Assembly: GCA_902584365.1 (NCBI GenBank) | Contig: CACHZG010000004.1 | Span: 4,412-68,411 of the forward strand | Origin: an uncultured Pelagibacteraceae bacterium | GTDB lineage: Bacteria > Pseudomonadota > Alphaproteobacteria > Pelagibacterales > Pelagibacteraceae | Reading direction: 5' to 3' | Length of the DNA stretch: 64,000 bases | Shown: positions 63,428-64,000 of the stretch, piece by piece | How the letters are laid out: each line of letters opens with the position of its first letter | How positions within the stretch are numbered: the stretch's first letter is position 1 | Position numbers and translations under genes: made by a program | The notes under the pieces: model-generated | The model's database searches: none | Told to the model about the DNA's origin: nothing | Seen by the model: only the letters and a program-made list of their open reading frames with translations

Positions 63428-64000
63428 TTATATTTTAAATCCTGATTTCTTGCTATCTGTGAGAAAATTTTTAACGGTGGTTAAAGTAAGTTTATTATTA
63501 CTTGAACCAAATTTTTCCACTTTTTCAATAATTTTTGGGGGCATTGTAATTATATCACAGCCCAGTTGATTTGCTTGAATATAATTATAAGCCTCTCTAG
63601 TGCTTGCCCAAAGTATTTGGATATTTTTATATTTTTTAGTAAGAGAAACACTTTTCTTGAAAATTGGAACTGGGTCTTTCCCTCTATCAGCCATTCTGCC
63701 CGCAAATATTGAAATTATAGATTTTGATTTTTTATTTAAGCACCTAAAAATTTTTTTAGTTTGTTCATATGTATAAACAGCAGTTATATTTAATTTTATG
63801 CCCTTATTACTTAATTGGTTAATAATTGAACCCATAAAAGTACCTTTTGAATTTACTACAGGTATTTTAACGTAAACATTATTTCCCCATGAATTAATCT
63901 TATATGCTTGTTTAAGCATGTTATTTTTATCATCAGCAAATACTTCAAATGATATTGGTTTTTTTTTACAAATTTTTAAGATCTTTTTACAATATGCTTT
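63428..64000 (-). CDS. Transaldolase family protein (5' end outside window)
   Basis: Frame open to the window edge (PISFEVFAD), Schiff-base VYVKIP, NITA, SIFAGR, LWASTRE. Confidence 0.88.
   Translation of the reverse strand, partial: KAYCKKILKICKKKPISFEVFADDKNNMLKQAYKINSWGNNVYVKIPVVNSKGTFMGSIINQLSNKGIKLNITAVYTYEQTKKIFRCLNKKSKSIISIFAGRMADRGKDPVPIFKKSVSLTKKYKNIQILWASTREAYNYIQANQLGCDIITMPPKIIEKVEKFGSSNNKLTLTTVKNFLTDSKKSGFKI

Overview
AT-rich, very tightly packed core-chromosome segment of a SAR11 (Pelagibacterales, Alphaproteobacteria) bacterium. The taxon is inferred from the proteorhodopsin-fdx-FNR-GST-dksA block, alphaproteobacterial gene order and near-zero intergenic spacing. It holds about 60 mostly housekeeping CDSs (icd, alaS, recA, nadAC, ppdK, glyQS, dxs, rpoH, purA, ftsH, tol-pal, tkt-pgk-fba, efp), a blue-tuned proteorhodopsin and three tRNAs (Leu-GAG, Arg-TCG, initiator Met). 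I saw no mobile element, CRISPR array or defence island. Most notable: (1) a MOC1/phage-type Holliday junction resolvase sits alone where ruvC-ruvA-ruvB normally lie; (2) rpsU, missed by the ORF track, has no ATG/GTG/TTG start, apparently initiates at ATT, and heads an rpsU-csp-tRNAfMet unit; (3) two unannotated small membrane-peptide ORFs, one between proteorhodopsin and ferredoxin; (4) tRNA-Arg with a UCG anticodon; (5) 6S RNA, gap and nadB are absent from their usual loci; (6) several readable regulatory sites, including a recA LexA box, a sigma32-type ftsH promoter and a phased GANTC array. All family calls are by motif recognition; no searches were run.
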